From assembly GCF_001194135.2 (NCBI RefSeq), contig NC_069006.1, positions 4,084,522 through 4,119,799 of the forward strand: DNA of 35,278 nt. The letters are read 5' to 3'. The translations under genes were made by a program, and so were the position numbers. This document shows positions 34,732-35,278 of the stretch, one piece after another. Source of the DNA: Octopus bimaculoides. Taxonomy: Eukaryota. Below the pieces are notes generated by a model, which worked only from the letters and a program-made list of their open reading frames with translations, did not search any database and was not told where the DNA came from. Position 1 is the first letter of the stretch. Each line of letters begins with the position of its first letter.

Positions 34732-35278
34732 TGGTGACATCCATAAGATAGTTTATTCCTTTGTCATACAAACCGAAATGTACAGTACTAGATACCCATT
34801 ACGGATATATAATACACCCACTCTGACAGATATACGAATGCACTTTTCATCACTTAACTCTTAGCTCTCACACAAGCAATATACATATAAGCCAAGAGAA
34901 ACAACTCGATTTCGCCAGTGGTATGTATTTGAATAACTATACATCCTGCGCGCACACACACACACGCGCACACACACTCGCCCACCCACACACCCCTTCA
35001 GGTAGATGGCCCTGCTCAGTATGTAGAAAAGGGGTAGGTAGTAACTCTATTAGATGTACCCGGTGCAAGCTATGGACACATAAGAGGTGCAGCAACATCA
35101 AAGGCAGGTTAACTAGCAAGTTAGTTTTTGTTTATGGCAGATGTTCAGGTGCAATAAAGGCTGTAAACAAACAGGAAACAACTTCTATCTCATTCCAGGG
35201 TGAAAAACTAGAGGTAGTTGATAGCTTCCGCTATCTGGGCGACCAAGTTAGTAGTGGGGGTGGGTGCGCTGAAAGTGT

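Noticed and set aside
1-35278. CRISPR arrays, rRNA genes or prokaryotic operon-like systems
   Set aside because: None seen. The DNA is intron-rich and eukaryotic, and its repeats are microsatellites or interspersed transposable elements.

Overview
AT-rich, repeat-dense animal genomic DNA with eight N-gaps (about 3.6 kb). The SINE/LINE/MITE repertoire and microsatellite load point to a coleoid cephalopod, most likely an Octopus draft assembly (inference). Two spliced minus-strand genes were reconstructed by hand with consistent splice phases. (1) A cation diffusion facilitator of the plant MTP8-11-like, Mn-type clade: exons 17647-17665 (tentative), 10981-11059, 8648-8795, 5178-5334, 2165-2335 and 860-982. 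Its 3' end lies before the window start. (2) An unrecognised gene of at least 7-8 exons (about 330 aa recovered) ending at 22727, with no start codon identified. The rest is tRNA-derived SINEs, RTE LINE tails, Tc1/mariner, hAT, piggyBac-like MITE and Penelope remnants. The best second-look items are a young MULE-like element with a 9-bp TSD splitting a SINE, and two degenerate hammerhead-ribozyme-like folds: one clamped by a 26-bp inverted repeat (34614-34767), one in the tail of a tRNA-headed SINE (31246-31291). Most ORFs in the supplied track are artefacts of N runs or microsatellites. I see no clear evidence for a wholly new multi-gene system. Interspersed-repeat boundaries are approximate.
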